Origin: the human T2T-CHM13v2.0 reference genome, Homo sapiens | Length of the DNA: 64,000 nt | Assembly (NCBI RefSeq): GCF_009914755.1 | Contig: NC_060926.1 | Reading direction: 5' to 3' (one strand) | In this document: one piece after another, positions 42,401 to 56,040 of the stretch | How the letters are laid out: each line of letters opens with the position of its first letter | How positions within the stretch are numbered: the first letter of the stretch is position 1 | Made by a program: the position numbers and the translations under genes | Notes under the pieces: model-generated | The model's database searches: none | The model's input: only the letters and a program-made list of their open reading frames with translations | What the model was told of the DNA's origin: nothing

Positions 42401-42469
42401 TGTAGGAATATGTTCTAGTCACTGTATGGGTTTGGGAATGAAATGGGACAAAAATTGATAAACTGCATT

Positions 42470-42518
42470 TTATTAAAAGTAATGGTAAAAACAGCAATTA
42501 CTTTTGCACCAATCTAGT
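42470..42518. mobile_element. MADE1 (Hsmar1 MITE) half element
   Basis: AAAGTAATGGTAAAAACAGCAATTACTTTTGCACCAATCTA. Confidence 0.8.
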
Positions 42519-42626
42519 ATTTCAAAACAAAAATGTATTTGATTGCAATTGTAATGCCACCTGGACTCAGTGAGACTTTTTTTAGCTTGTGAATAGAAGC
42601 TTTTAAATGAAGTTTTATTGGATCAG

Positions 42627-42770
42627 GGCCAGTTGCGGTGGCTCACACCTGCAATCTCAGCACTGTGGGAGGCCGAGGAAGGCGGATTGCTTGGGCCCAG
42701 GAATTAGGGGCTGCAATGAGCTATGATCATGCCACTGCACTCTGGCCTGGGCCACAGAGTGAGATTATGA
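42627..42770 (+). mobile_element. Alu monomer (FRAM-like or left/right-arm chimera)
   Basis: Left-arm start joined to right-arm end GCTGCAATGAGCTATGATCATGCCACTGCAC. Confidence 0.85.
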
Positions 42771-43699
42771 TTTTTTTTTTAAAGGATTAGAACATCTCTC
42801 AGTGGACCTAGATTTCAAGTCGAGTTTGATTCTCACTAATAATTCCTGATGACTACTGTATCATAGGCATAGTCATAGTGATGGTACATTCTATAGCAAC
42901 AGCATCATAGCTTTTTCCCAGCTTATAGATTACATCATTGAGAGTTACCTATTAAAGATCTCTGGTTAAATTAATAAAAGCCTTAAATGCAAATGCATAT
43001 ATATCTGTGAAAATGACCAATTTTATGAATGAAGTGTGGGAGTGATTGTGTCCAGAGAAAGTAGGAGAAGAAGCTGTGTTCACTGTCCTCCTCGCATTTG
43101 TCCTACAGAAATTTTATCAGGGGGTAGAGGTTGGGCTATCAGGTGGCAGTACAAAGAGGATACTGCTGCTAGGTGGGCTGACCTCTAGGTCATTTTTCTT
43201 AGGTTGGGTAAGGTCTGTGTGTTCAGACAGGATCTTGATGTTCTCAGATTAGGAGTTTCAATATTTGCCATTTTGTTTAGGTAAATTTCTTCCCATAACC
43301 ACTCACTTGCCTAGGAGCCATTTTCAGTACTCCCATTAGACTGTTCAAAAGTAGAAACTCATACCTGGAAAGCAGTGGCTCTTATCTTCTCCCCAGCCTA
43401 TTATTGTGTTTTTATGTACATAAAAGAGATTCAGATACTATCCTTGTTTAGGACCTCTTGTTTAGTGTATAGGGAGAAAAATAAAACCAAACATTTAACC
43501 TGAAAATGTCTAATCTTTAAGACAGAGATACCTAAGGGCATCCCCTCTGGCCATAGGTAAAATCCAGATCCAGAACATTTTGACTGGATGAATTTGAAAC
43601 AAAATTTGTCATGTGTGAGGATGGGCAAAGGGAGTGAAGGAGGAACAAGTCGAAATTGTTAAATATTTTTTACTATGTCAGTGCTACCCAGAGCAGTTC

Positions 43700-43875
43700 G
43701 CATATGTTTTGGCCTCATATCCAGGATCCTCTGGTTAGCAGTTTGACATTTTGAATGATGTGCTTAGTTAACCATCTCTCCCTTTCTGTTTCCTCACCTG
43801 ATAGTAGATTAAAATCTGTATCACTGCGTTGTTGTGAGGATACAATTATATCAGGCAAAATGCCATAGTAATAAT
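43700..43875 (+). mobile_element. MIR
   Basis: TCTGTTTCCTCACCTG...GTTGTTGTGAGGATACAA. Confidence 0.6.
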
Positions 43876-45748
43876 ACAAAGAAAAACCTTATTGGTAATT
43901 TATTAGAGACGACAATAATATTTTCGCTCATACTATTATTTATAACTTTGTTTAAAATGTATTATCTATATCTGTTATAAATTTAGCAATAGGAGATAAG
44001 TTGGAAATTTCCCAATGATGCTAAAAGCTGGTCGATCAATTTGAGTCAAGTAAGGAAGCATTATTTCCTTGCTGGGTTATGCATTTCTAGACGATCAGAT
44101 ACTAGTCTAACCTAAACTACCTTCACAATGTCTACCTGTAAGAATGTCCAGTTAGAGTCAAAATTTGAGTTATAAAAATTTGCTATTTTTAGAAATGCAA
44201 TTTTCTTGTTTTTAAGTCATATAATAACTCGCAATAAACCAAAAAGGAGCTATTCAATAGAGACATGAGGAAGAATTCTTTCAATCCTCAAACATGATTG
44301 ATGTGTATTTAGCAGAAAAATTCTCATAACAATAGGGGCTTTTTAGTATGTGAAAGAGGTAAGCTAAGTAATTCATGTTGTTCTTTACAGTCTTTTAAGA
44401 CAATGAATACCATCGTCAATACTTTTTATTTTTAAAGCACTTTAGAAATAACAACTCTATATTCCAATTTCTCTATTTCTCACTGGAATTTGAATAAAAT
44501 AAGTCTTGTAGCACCCTTTCCAATGCAATTTTAGAAAGTATTTCCAATGGCCATGACTTGGTGACATAAATTATAACAATTATTTTTATAATAAACACTA
44601 GTATTTCTTAAAAATTCAAGTTCATAAAAAGCTATAAGCCTCACAGTTCTATTCTCAGTAAATATTAAATATATTCAAGCTGAGGAAGCTGTGACTCATT
44701 TATTCAAAAATAATATAGCTTATAATTGGTAAAGCCATATCTTGAACACAAGCCCAACACTTTTCCCATTACATTTTATTTCTCAGTTGAATAGGGTAAT
44801 TGGCTCATCTGTACAGGTTTAGTGTTCAAGCCTCTACAGTGTGCAGGGGCATTCAGTTACTCTGTCTGTCTACCTGTTACATGGATCCTTTACTTGCAAC
44901 GCAGAGGCAGCAGGTGACTGTTTATTTTGTACTAAAGCATCTTCAGTGTGGTTGACCAGAGATGCAAAACAAAATAGCAGCTAGCTCATACTTATGCTTT
45001 TATTGAAGAAATATTTCCAAATATATCATGAACAGGAAAGGATCCAACTTCCAGCCAGTAATTTCTCATTAATAAAGAGAATGTCAGTTCGTCTGATTTA
45101 TTGAGAAATCTTTCTTTACCAGAACAGAAATGTGTTTGTGTCTCGAGTTATATTTTCCACTGAATTACCTGATGGATATGTTATTCTGGATCACCTGAAA
45201 CTGAAGAATTCTTTTTAAAATAAATGCTAAAAAAGTACCAGTCCTAATGGCAAAATAAAATTGATAAGTTGAAAATAAAATGTCAGAAATCCAAAGAAAT
45301 TAAAGTTCTCATAGCAATATTAACCCACCATATGGCACATCACGTCTAGATTACGGGGAATTTATTGACCTAGTAGCAAGCTAAAAACAACTTCTGTGAA
45401 ACAGAAAATAAGAAATTTTGGTCCAATGTTCATGCCATCATGAGTAAGTCTTGATAAGTAAGTAGGTCTTGATAATACAAATATTACTGATTCATTATTA
45501 TTGGTACTTCAGTCAGCATTTATGACAGAAAGAAAATCTGCTTTGGTGTTGGGGAGACATAAACACAAATCCACATTTTTCTCCTTTCTCAACTCAACCC
45601 TGATTGCATCGCTTTACCTCTTTGTCATTCAGTTTTCTTATCTCTTATGTGGGGGAAATATTTCTGTGACCTAGATTATGGAAAAGATCTGGAACAGTAA
45701 TTCATACAGTGCAGGTTCTGGATCAATGTTAATTCCTTTCCAGGAGGA

Positions 45749-46039
<291 letters not shown>

Positions 46040-46440
46040 CCCATAGGAATTTATAAGTATTTCAACAGTCAAGGCAAAGTGATATGGCACGATACAAAAC
46101 AAGAGAATCCAATGTAGATGTTCATTACTCTCCCTCAGCAGGCTTGTAATTTCTCAAAATGGCATTGAATGTATGTGCTAATTTCTTAATATATTTTTAA
46201 TTCATTAAAACAATTTTAGCCTAGCAGAATTTGAGATGTACAACAATTTTGGAAAGATGATAGAGAGATTTAATAAAATTCTGAAATAGTAATGTAATCA
46301 AAAGACACATGAAGGTCCGTGGGAATTAATAGATACTCCAAGTGAAACTTTATTTGACAAGGAGGTAGGGAGACATCAAGGTGAAGTTGCTGAGCAAGAT
46401 GGCTGTGAGGAATTTTGTAAGAAGAAAAACAATTCGTTTC

Positions 46441-46779
46441 TTTTTTTCTTTTTCTTTTCTTTTTTTTTTTTTTTGTTTTTGAGACAGAGTTTTTGCTCTT
46501 GTTGTCCAGGCCGGAGTGCGGAGTGCAATGGTGCGATCTTAGCTCACCGCAACCTCTGCCTCCTGGGTTCAAGCAATTCTCCTGCCTCAGCCTCAGGAGT
46601 AGCTGGAATTAGGGGGCGCGCCCGCCATCATGCCCAGCTAATTTTTGTATTTTTTTTTTTGTAGAGGCGGGGTTTCTCCATGTTGGTTAGGCTGGTCTCG
46701 AACTCCCAAGCCCAGGTGATCCACCAGCCTTGGCCTCCCAAAGTGTTGGTATTACAGGCGTGAGCCACCATGCCCGGCC
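46441..46779 (-). mobile_element. AluSp/Sq-type SINE
   Basis: GCTCTTGTTG, GCTCACCGCAACC; TSD AACAATTC(G/A)TTTC. Confidence 0.95.
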
Positions 46780-46949
46780 AACAATTCATTTCTTGTCATT
46801 AGTCCTTGCCTTCTTCATCTACAAATTGAGATGGCTTTGATTAGACCACATATAGAGTGTATTACAACTATGACATCAATCTCTTCTTATGAAAAGGATG
46901 CATCATTTCTAGGGTATTAAAATATTAAATAGCTATTTCCAATCTCATT

Positions 46950-47159
46950 CCTTTACTCTTCGTACTTGGCCTCCTCCTCCTCTTCTTTGTATTTGTCTCT
47001 TTTTTTTTTTTTTAGACCTCTTCTTTCTCTACCACTTATTCTATCTTTCTTCTTCCTTCCCTTGGTCTTCACTTTCTTCCCCTTCCCTTTGTCTTCCTCT
47101 TCTTTCTCTTCTTTCTCCCTCTTCTTTCTGAGCCTCTTCTTGCTGTTTTTCTTTTTCAG
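46950..47159 (+). repeat. CT-rich low-complexity tract
   Basis: ~200 nt almost pure pyrimidine, ending TTTTTCAG. Confidence 0.85.
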
Positions 47160-47853
47160 GGTTTATAGAAAATCTCCCAATATTTTTTGTTAATTATCTG
47201 ACAGAAGTTTGATAACTCAGGCTTACAGTGCTGTTTTTTTTCCCCTGTTGTTTCATTTTATTTCGTCTCTATGTAAAAATACTCTATTCCTCCTGATTCA
47301 GAAATATTCCTACCTGGTGACTCTTCAACTCTGAACCGTCTCCAGGTTGTTTATAGCTGTAGCGATTTTGCTCTAGGTCCATGGTAACAGTTACTTTTTT
47401 CACTGCCATACATTGGCCCCTGCATCTCACATTCTGAACTATGTGATCCTTTTAGGGCTCGTGAACTTTTTCTTGTCACATCTATATTTCAAGGACATCT
47501 TATTACTTATTTATTCATGTGCCACTTCTTTACTAAAAGGGTTTGAGGCAGAATAAAATAAAAGTCATAAATAATAAAGCTAATAAAACAAGAATTACAT
47601 TTTTTAAAAAATTAGACATTGAAAAGGAAAATGAAAACATGTCTTCCAACCCCATATTTAGTTAACCATGTGCTTCCTGGCAGCCAAGTAATAAAGAACT
47701 ATATGGTGTTATCTTTCAATTTCTCATCAGAGAGAATAAATCATCCATTTAAAATAAGACTCCATTTTATTCTAGCAATATATTGAATAGAAATTTGTCC
47801 TGAAGTAGCTTATATAGAAGGTAGTGTGGATCATAGTAACATAATGATATTCT

Positions 47854-48003
47854 CATCTTTGAGCATATACAGAATTTGTTTTTGGTTTTTGATCTTTTAA
47901 TGATTTCTTTTTTTAACGAAAGCATATCCATCTTTGAGCATATACAGAATTTGTTTTTGGTTTTTGATCTTTTAATGATTTCTTTTTTTAACGAAAGCAT
48001 ATC
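47854..48003 (+). repeat. Perfect 2 x 75-bp tandem duplication
   Basis: 47854-47928 identical to 47929-48003; mirrored as a 25-aa repeat in ORF 47767..48000. Confidence 0.97.
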
Positions 48004-48954
48004 ATCATTCGTAATTAACTAATTGAAGGCACTTCTACAGACACCAAAATGTATTATCCATATTTTATTGCTTTTTTTAAAAAAATTGATGTTTAAAAGT
48101 AGTCACAAATATAATGCCACCAACATGTTTAAATGAAATAATTAAACAGATCTACCTGTTCTAATCTTCCATGCAGTCTCATTCCCCAGAAATAACTGCT
48201 TAATTGAACTGTTTTGCCTGGTAGTTACTACTATATTTTGAAATAATGTGCTTATACTCCACTTTCTTAATCTATTGTTTATACAGTAAGTGTGCCTATT
48301 ATGATAGAGGAGGAATTATCCCTTTAACTAATATGCATACACATGTACTCTTTCACAAATCTCCTTCGTCATTTCTAGAATATAGTTTATCTTTACTATG
48401 ACTTAATAGCCAAATTGTACAGCAATATAACCAAAATACGGTCACTGCAGAGTCAAAAATGTGTATTATGATTATATTTCCTAGTTGGCAAGCTCCATGT
48501 TGACAATTTTCTTTGGTTGTTGTTGTAGTTGTTGTTCACCCACGCATCTCCAGATTCTGAAAACGTACCTGGTCAACAATCAATGTAAGGAACTGTTGAA
48601 TAAGTAAACTTTCTTTCAGAGCATTTCTGTTTTCCTAAATTGATAATCACCTCATGATTTTCTCTGCAATTTAACATTCATATATACATTATTTTCTTTT
48701 TCCAAAATCACCCTCTGATTATTTTATTTCTATTGTACTTCAGTTTGCCTAGACATAGCATAGACATATCACACTCAGAAGCCTTTATGCAATTGCTCTA
48801 GACTAAACTAATGATTCCCAAGATTATCATTGTAACAAATTTTAGTAAGTAAAGATAATGAAAGCATCTAAAACATAAAAATGACAGACACATGGGAAAT
48901 GAATAGAATTACTAATTTTTTTCTTCATCTCAGCATAAATTCAGCAAAATATAT

Positions 48955-49560
48955 TAATTTATTAATCCAATTGCTAATTTACTGGGCAACATTTTGAGAG
49001 CTTACTATATGCCAGACACTGTGCCTACATTGAATGTCAAAATACACTCCTCAAGATATTTACAGTTAGGTTAAGGAAGACATAACAAATCAGGCAATTG
49101 CACTCAGAATATTATCAGAAGGTAACTTAGTGATACAAAAGAGAAAACAATATGGAACTCCTTGGTAGGAGATAATCTTGGAGAGTCTACTAAGAGCTGA
49201 TGGCATTGGATCAAGTTCATAAGGGATAAATGGGCAACCAGGAAAATTAAGGAACACAGTCAAAAGCAATAAGGCAAAAAATGTGGAAGTTACACAGCAC
49301 ACAGAAAAAAAATATGGTATAGAATAGGTGGAGCATAGGCTTATGAGGCAATGAAGTAAGATAATAAAATAACTTATGGGCCAGTTAAGGCAATGTGTTG
49401 ACTTTGAGGAGAATTAAGGAAAATATTTGGATATAGGAAAGATTATTTGAAAGCTGTATGTATGTAGGATCTATTGGAGGTTGAAAGACTAAAGACAGAC
49501 CACTGAGGAAGCTATTGCATTAGGCTTAAATATTGCTTTGAAACTCTGAGTTTAGAAAAT
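48955..49560. mobile_element. L2 relic
   Basis: TTGAGAGCTTACTATATGCCAGACACTGTGC...GGAAGCTATTGCA. Confidence 0.6.
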
Positions 49561-49592
49561 TTCAGTAGGGTTATATAGAAGTAGATAGAACG

Positions 49593-49890
49593 GGCCAGGC
49601 GCGGTGGCTCACGCCTGTAATCCCAGCGCTTTGGGAGGCCGAGGCGGGCGGATCATGAGGTCAGGAGATTGAGACCATCCTGGCTAACACGGTGAAACCC
49701 CGTCTCTACTAAAAATACAAAAAATTAGCCGGGCATGGTGGCCGGCGCCTGTAGTCCCAGCGGCTGAGGCAGGAGAATGGCCTGAACCCGGGAGGTGGAG
49801 CTTGTAGTGAGCCGAGATCACGCCAATGCACACCAGCCTGGGCGACTGAGCAAGACTCTGTCTCAAAAAAAAAAAAAAAAAAAAAAAAAA
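49593..49890 (+). mobile_element. AluY SINE with a 9-nt internal deletion
   Basis: CCTGGCTAACACGGTG; long A tail; TSD AGAAGTAG(A/G)TAGAAC at 49577-49591 and 49890-49904. Confidence 0.97.
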
Positions 49891-52764
49891 GAAGTAGGTA
49901 GAACTGAGAATTAAATAAGCGACTGAAAGCAAAGAATTTATATCTTAGAAAAGATCGGCTCAAAAATCACACATTTAATGAGGCGTGTCTTGATAATAGA
50001 ACTGAAAACTTCTTACTTTAGGTGCTTTTTAGGAATTGATACACACTTCATCACAAGAAATTGTCACATCTAATTTATTTTTCTTTTGGTAAACAAAAAC
50101 ATTATTCACCTAATACATACATATACAGCGATCCTTGCCTTTGCACAGATTAATCCTGGTTAAAAAAGAAAAGCATGCTGCATATGAAACAGTTCAGAGT
50201 ATTACAATTAGAAACAGAGCATAAATATAGCAGCAGTTCACAGAGATGAGTAGGAGACAAGCATAACAACATTGCAGACAGGTCGCTTACTTTAAGTTTT
50301 CAGATATGTCAAATCCAAATAGATTTCCAAGAGCAAGGATAAGATATAAAGTGATTATTAATATTTGAGCAATAATAACTGGTGTCTAGTAAGCTCATAC
50401 TCTAGCAAAAAGCAGAGTAAAGTCATCATTTTAATATATTATTTAAAAGAAAGCAAACTGAGGAGAGTTAAGGAAGATAAAAGAATCAGAAGTGAAAAGT
50501 TGGTTTAAGATATGCAATTTACATTGACGCTGTGATTTCTTTCCTCATTTGGAGTGTAAGACCCCATGAAAATTTATATTCCATCAACGAATATTTACTG
50601 TGTGCCCAGGGAGACCAGCAGAATAGAGGATTCACCATAACGGACCCAGGGAAACATTTTCCTGAAGAGCATGACATCTTTACTTTTAGAAAGCATCTTT
50701 CTTTTCATGCCATTAATGTGCTCCTCGCAGCTTTTTGTCTAAACAAAAGAAATATAAGCAAAAATAATAATATAATACCATAGATGTGTGTGCCTCTATG
50801 TGTTTTGCTTCTGACCTAGGGAAAATTTTTAAATTATTTATTTTCACAAAATTACCACCACATCAGGTCTCACTCCAGTTAATTTTGTGATGGAAAATAG
50901 TTATTAATGAATAATATCCTTGCATATGTATTTCAACTTAAAGCAGTTAAATGACAGAAGGGGAAACAATGCACCAGAAAGAGGCAGTAGGGAGTGTTCA
51001 CCAACCAATCAGGAGACTGCAAAAGTAGGTTACATGCTCCACTCACAACAGCTTTTTCATCCCTATTATTCAGACTATTAATATTAATCGATTCTGGGAG
51101 AGAAAGTTAGGGACCTAGTCTTCCATCTTTCTGTGAAGAAACTGAATATTGCACAATACAGAATAAATGGAGTGTTACTGATGCCATTTTGTCTCAAATG
51201 AAGTTATGCCAGAGAGCAATCCCTTATCCTCACTCCTTCTCTTTTGGTTGGAGTCTAACCAAAATGTAGCTAACCCTTACCTCAAAAACAAAACAAAACA
51301 AAACAAACAAACAAACACTTCTTGCTTGCTAAAGCTGATAGGGCTGTGTTAGATGATTGTGAGTTGGGCAGGACCTTATCCCTACCTAGGAACAAGGCTT
51401 CATTCTCCAGGCTGGGTGAAACAGCAACCTGCCCCCTGGCCCTGTAATTTGAACATGATTTAAGAGTGAGAGACCTATGGTATTTTTTCCCCCAACAGAG
51501 GTGTTTGCTCTTGATGTCCAAGGAAAATTAGGCATGGAATTAAAATAGGCTGGCTGGATTCATTAGCTGTAAAGTTTTCATTTTTCATTATGTGCTGTAA
51601 GTCTGAATGATTTCATTAAAAAAAAATTAGTGCATCAGGCACAGGATATTAAAGATCATAAAGATAGGTAGCTCCACACCCAGGAGGGGATATTTTTCTA
51701 AGGGATGCAGATTCATTAGCGTTTGTGGCTGTGTAGTTTAGACTTGACAAGGCTTATACATTTCCCAGCCACTGGTGTTCTTCCATTAATGACACATTTC
51801 ATTTAGAGTTTTGAAGGTGTGTTGAAACTGGTATATTTTGGAACAAATAATGGTTTCTGCTACATTTACACCCATGCATACATGGCTCATGGACTATAGG
51901 AATTCTCAAGGAAAAAAATACTTTTATGTGGTGGCTCAAAAATATTCAGAAAAAAACTTAAAAATCACAAAGAAAGAAAGAACGAAAAATAAAAACTAGT
52001 TTCATTCTTGGCACTGATAAACATAATCTGATCAAAAGTGTTTGAGCCAACAAGTTGTATGGCTCACTACTGCTACTTATACAGAAATGGTTTACTGTAG
52101 TGTATTTTTATACAAAGAAGAAATCACAAGCATATTATTTTGCCTTAATTTGGTAAATATTATCTCTGTGATTTGGATATATTTTAAAACTATTGAGAAC
52201 ACTTGTTGCCGATTTTTGCATTAGAAACATCACTATAAGAACAGCATTTGCACAATGCCAGAAGCAGAAGTGTAATATGTGTGATCTGTTAAGAAACTAC
52301 AACCGGTTGCATTTGAAGTATAAATAAATTAATTGGGTCACAGGAGAAAACACAGTTGGGGGAAGTTAAAGAAAAAGGATTATATTTCTCTTGAAAATGT
52401 TAGCATAAGTTCACAGCGAGTATCTGGAAATATGGTTTTCCCAGTACTATTTGTTGAAATGAATACCTTTTCCCCATTCAATTCATTTGGCATCACTACT
52501 GAAAAATAATTGAACATAAATAGACCAAAATAACTATAGATTCTTAAATGATTGGGGAGGTGAGAGGTATCTGAGCTGAAAACATTTCTACGCAATTAAC
52601 ATGGGAAGGCTTTTATTTTTAGAAAATGGAGATAATGTGGACCTTGTATTCTGGTTAATTTTCTAGTTTAATTAGAATAAACTATGTCAAGCTTTTAAAA
52701 TACTTACTCTTCCATTAACTCATTTTTCCTTTATTCATTTTTATGTGCCTTCAGGCAATTTCCT

Positions 52765-52865
52765 GTTTTATAATGTTAGCTCCTGAAGCATATCTTATAA
52801 TTTATTCTAAAATCCCCAGTGTCTGACACAGAGTAGGTCCTCAATAAGCAGTTAATGAATAAATA
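52765..52865. mobile_element. L2 3' end
   Basis: CAGTGTCTGACACAGAGTAGGTCCTCAATAAGCAGTTAATGAATAAAT. Confidence 0.65.
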
Positions 52866-53719
52866 ATATTGTGCTGTTTAGATATCATGTTCACATCTCT
52901 CTGCGGTTGAAGAATTAAAAACCTGAAGAGGATTTTTTTAACCCGTCCTAGATTGCACAGCAAAAACCCAGTCTTATAATTTTAAGATGGGCATGTTTAT
53001 CACCTCTCCAGACTGTGGAATGATCTGTGTTTTAATAAAGTTTATTGTAAGACGCTTCAATGCAATAATATACCTGGCTCAATATTAAAGTGCTAAATTA
53101 ATGATGCAGAAAAGCAGCAATTAATGCTCACAGGAATAAGATCAAATAATCTAAAACTAAAAATACCTCTAACAGAGAAAAATGGAGTTTGAATCTCCGG
53201 AATAAAGATTTTATTTTTTTCATTTCAAATTTCCCCAGTGTTCATCTGCAACATTAAACCAAAGATGTTTTAAATAAAGAGCATGGCCTCCTAGACTCTC
53301 TCCAGTGGAATCCTCAGAAGAAATAAAAATATACATCCTGGATTGCTCAGGATATTGACTAAATTTCAGCATTTGACATTATGCTTTCTAAAATTACATT
53401 GAAAAATAGCAGTTAAATTCTGAGGCAAGATTTAACAGAAAAATAAAGAACCTTGCTCAATCATCGTAGGGTTCTGAAGACTGGTCATAGCTTAATAGAC
53501 AATTGCAATAATCCAAAGAGCCAGAGAGCTGATGCAAAAACAATGATAATAGATCAGTATAAACATCAACTAAAATAATTCCACTCAACTTAAATTTTAC
53601 AAGTCATTTAATTTCAAAACACAAAAATAGTTTTAAAAAAATAAATACCTAAACCACAAAAAATGAACTTTTACATTTGATTTATTTTTAAATTAAAAAA
53701 TGAACATAACAACAGAAGA

Positions 53720-53862
53720 GGCATGATATTTGAGAAAAAGCATGACAAAGATCTGTGCTGTGTGACCTTGGACAAGGTTTTCAATGTCAATACTATTCTA
53801 TATTCTTGTTTCTTGAAGGAGTGATAATAACTCCATAAGATTATCGCGAGAATTAAATTAGA
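53720..53862 (+). mobile_element. MIR
   Basis: GCTGTGTGACCTTGGACAAG...GAGAATTAAATTAG. Confidence 0.6.
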
Positions 53863-53917
53863 GTTAGCAGAACTATTAGTTACTGATCTTAGAGCTCTTT
53901 TCCACTTCTTTCCATCT

Positions 53918-54290
53918 TTTTCAGATTGAGTTTGTTGACAAGCAGCCTCTGAGATGAGTTATGAATGAAGGTCACTGAGAAATGCTCTCTGGGTGATCAT
54001 CTAGGAAGGAGTAATGGAAGGAAGATGGGCAAGAAAGGTTGGCTGCAAGACAGCCTCAGGAGACATTTCTGTCAACCCCATAATGACTTCTGAAGCCAGG
54101 AGTCCCGTGTTGACATAGGTGCTGGGGGTTTATATTCCACAAGACCAGATATTGGTTATAAGCTGCCTGGGAATTGGGGCTTGTCTTTGGGTGAGAAGCT
54201 GTCTTCAGTTGAGGGTATCACAGCATAGTTGCAGATATAATTACCCCAGTCATGAAGGGGGTTTTGGTGAAATGCCATAGTTTCATCTCA
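53918..54290 (-). mobile_element. ERVL solo LTR (LTR16-like)
   Basis: AAGCAGCCTCTGAGATG near the left end and TCATGAAGGGGGTTTTGGTG near the right end. Confidence 0.55.
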
Positions 54291-55739
54291 CTTTAGCAAC
54301 ATGCTGGCATTCCTTATGAGATTGAAAGTTAAAATTAGGCACATTCTTGGCATCGTTTTTTGTTTGAACATTGTCCATGTACAATAACACAGCACTGGAC
54401 ATTGAGAGCTATAGGGTTCTGAGAATGAGTTCCCTCACTCATGAAAGTGAGGGAGAGAGACAAAGAAAGGAAATAAATTCTGTGCAAGAGATTTCCTCCC
54501 CTTACACCCTTTCCCTTCCTGCCTTGGGCATTGTTTGTAAAGGCACAGGCCTTGCTGCTATAGCAGCCACCTTCTAGAAATTTAAGGAAATGGGGAGAAA
54601 AAAAGGTCAAGCCAGAACCCATCTGATGCCATTCAGTAACTAAATTAAACAATTTTGGAACTTCTTATCTTGCTATCTTTATTACAGATGATAGTCTCTT
54701 TCCTGGTGTTTTAGGCATATTTTCTTCTTGATGTTCTCCGTGGAGAAAAAAGTATCTTAATTAATGTAGAGTTTTAGAAGATGAAGGATCTGGTATATAA
54801 TAGATGTTTAACATTGATTTCTTCCTCTATAAAACAAAAATTTTTACAGGATTCAGCTGTGTAGGACTCTTAAAAATGTTTCATTTTAGAGAGCTAGATT
54901 TTATAATAAGCAAAGCATCTGATGGATGTAATTTTCATATATAAAGTATAATAATTTACTATCTGGGGAAAAAGTCTTCTAAACAGAATTTACATATTAA
55001 CTGATATCTGCTTTATACATTAACTGATATCCATCCATATGAACAATACTAGTAAATAATATTTTAAAGCAGGATGTGGTGAGGTCAGATGTGTGCCTCC
55101 ACCTGAATGGTCTCTCGCTTCTGTTCATCTAAAATCCTTGTTACTTTTTGTAGCTCTGCTCATGCCATCAGGCTGCCCATTGCCAGGGTCCACTGCAGAA
55201 CAAGTGCTTATCCACCCAGGCCTTGGTACATTTCTGTATCTGTAGTCATCTACAAAGACTTCAGAAATCAGTAATCAAATCCTACTAGAACTAGAAGCAA
55301 ATGATTAATGCAGAAACCCTCAATAAAACCACTGATGGCTATTTTTTTCCATGCATTTTACTAGAGGTCCATCAGTATTGTTGGCTCATTCCCTGAATTT
55401 TAGCTTTTCAGCCACATGTGGTTTCAAAAGAAATAGACTGTAGGTAGATGAAGACTTTAGTCATTCTTTTCCCAATGTCATCTGTACTTTCTTGAGTAAC
55501 AGTGGTATTAGCAGTAATAGTTGCTATTTGTTAAATTTTTACTGCATTGGGAATAGTAATAAACACTCTATAAGATATTATTTACTCTTAACAAAGTCCA
55601 TCAAAATGAGTAAGATTATTTCTGTTTTAAAGGTGAAAAAAATTAAGAAAATGTTCAAGATCAAATAGATAAATGGTTCAGACCTGGCCATTAAATTTAC
55701 ATTTTATTTACTTTGTTAAGTATTAAAACAATTTAAACA

Positions 55740-56040
<301 letters not shown>

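Noticed and set aside
47767-48000. ORF with a 25-aa tandem repeat
   Set aside because: By-product of the 75-bp DNA duplication
54995-55031. Short direct repeat ATTAACTGATATC; similar micro-repeats near 45445 and 56495
   Set aside because: Common slippage micro-duplications
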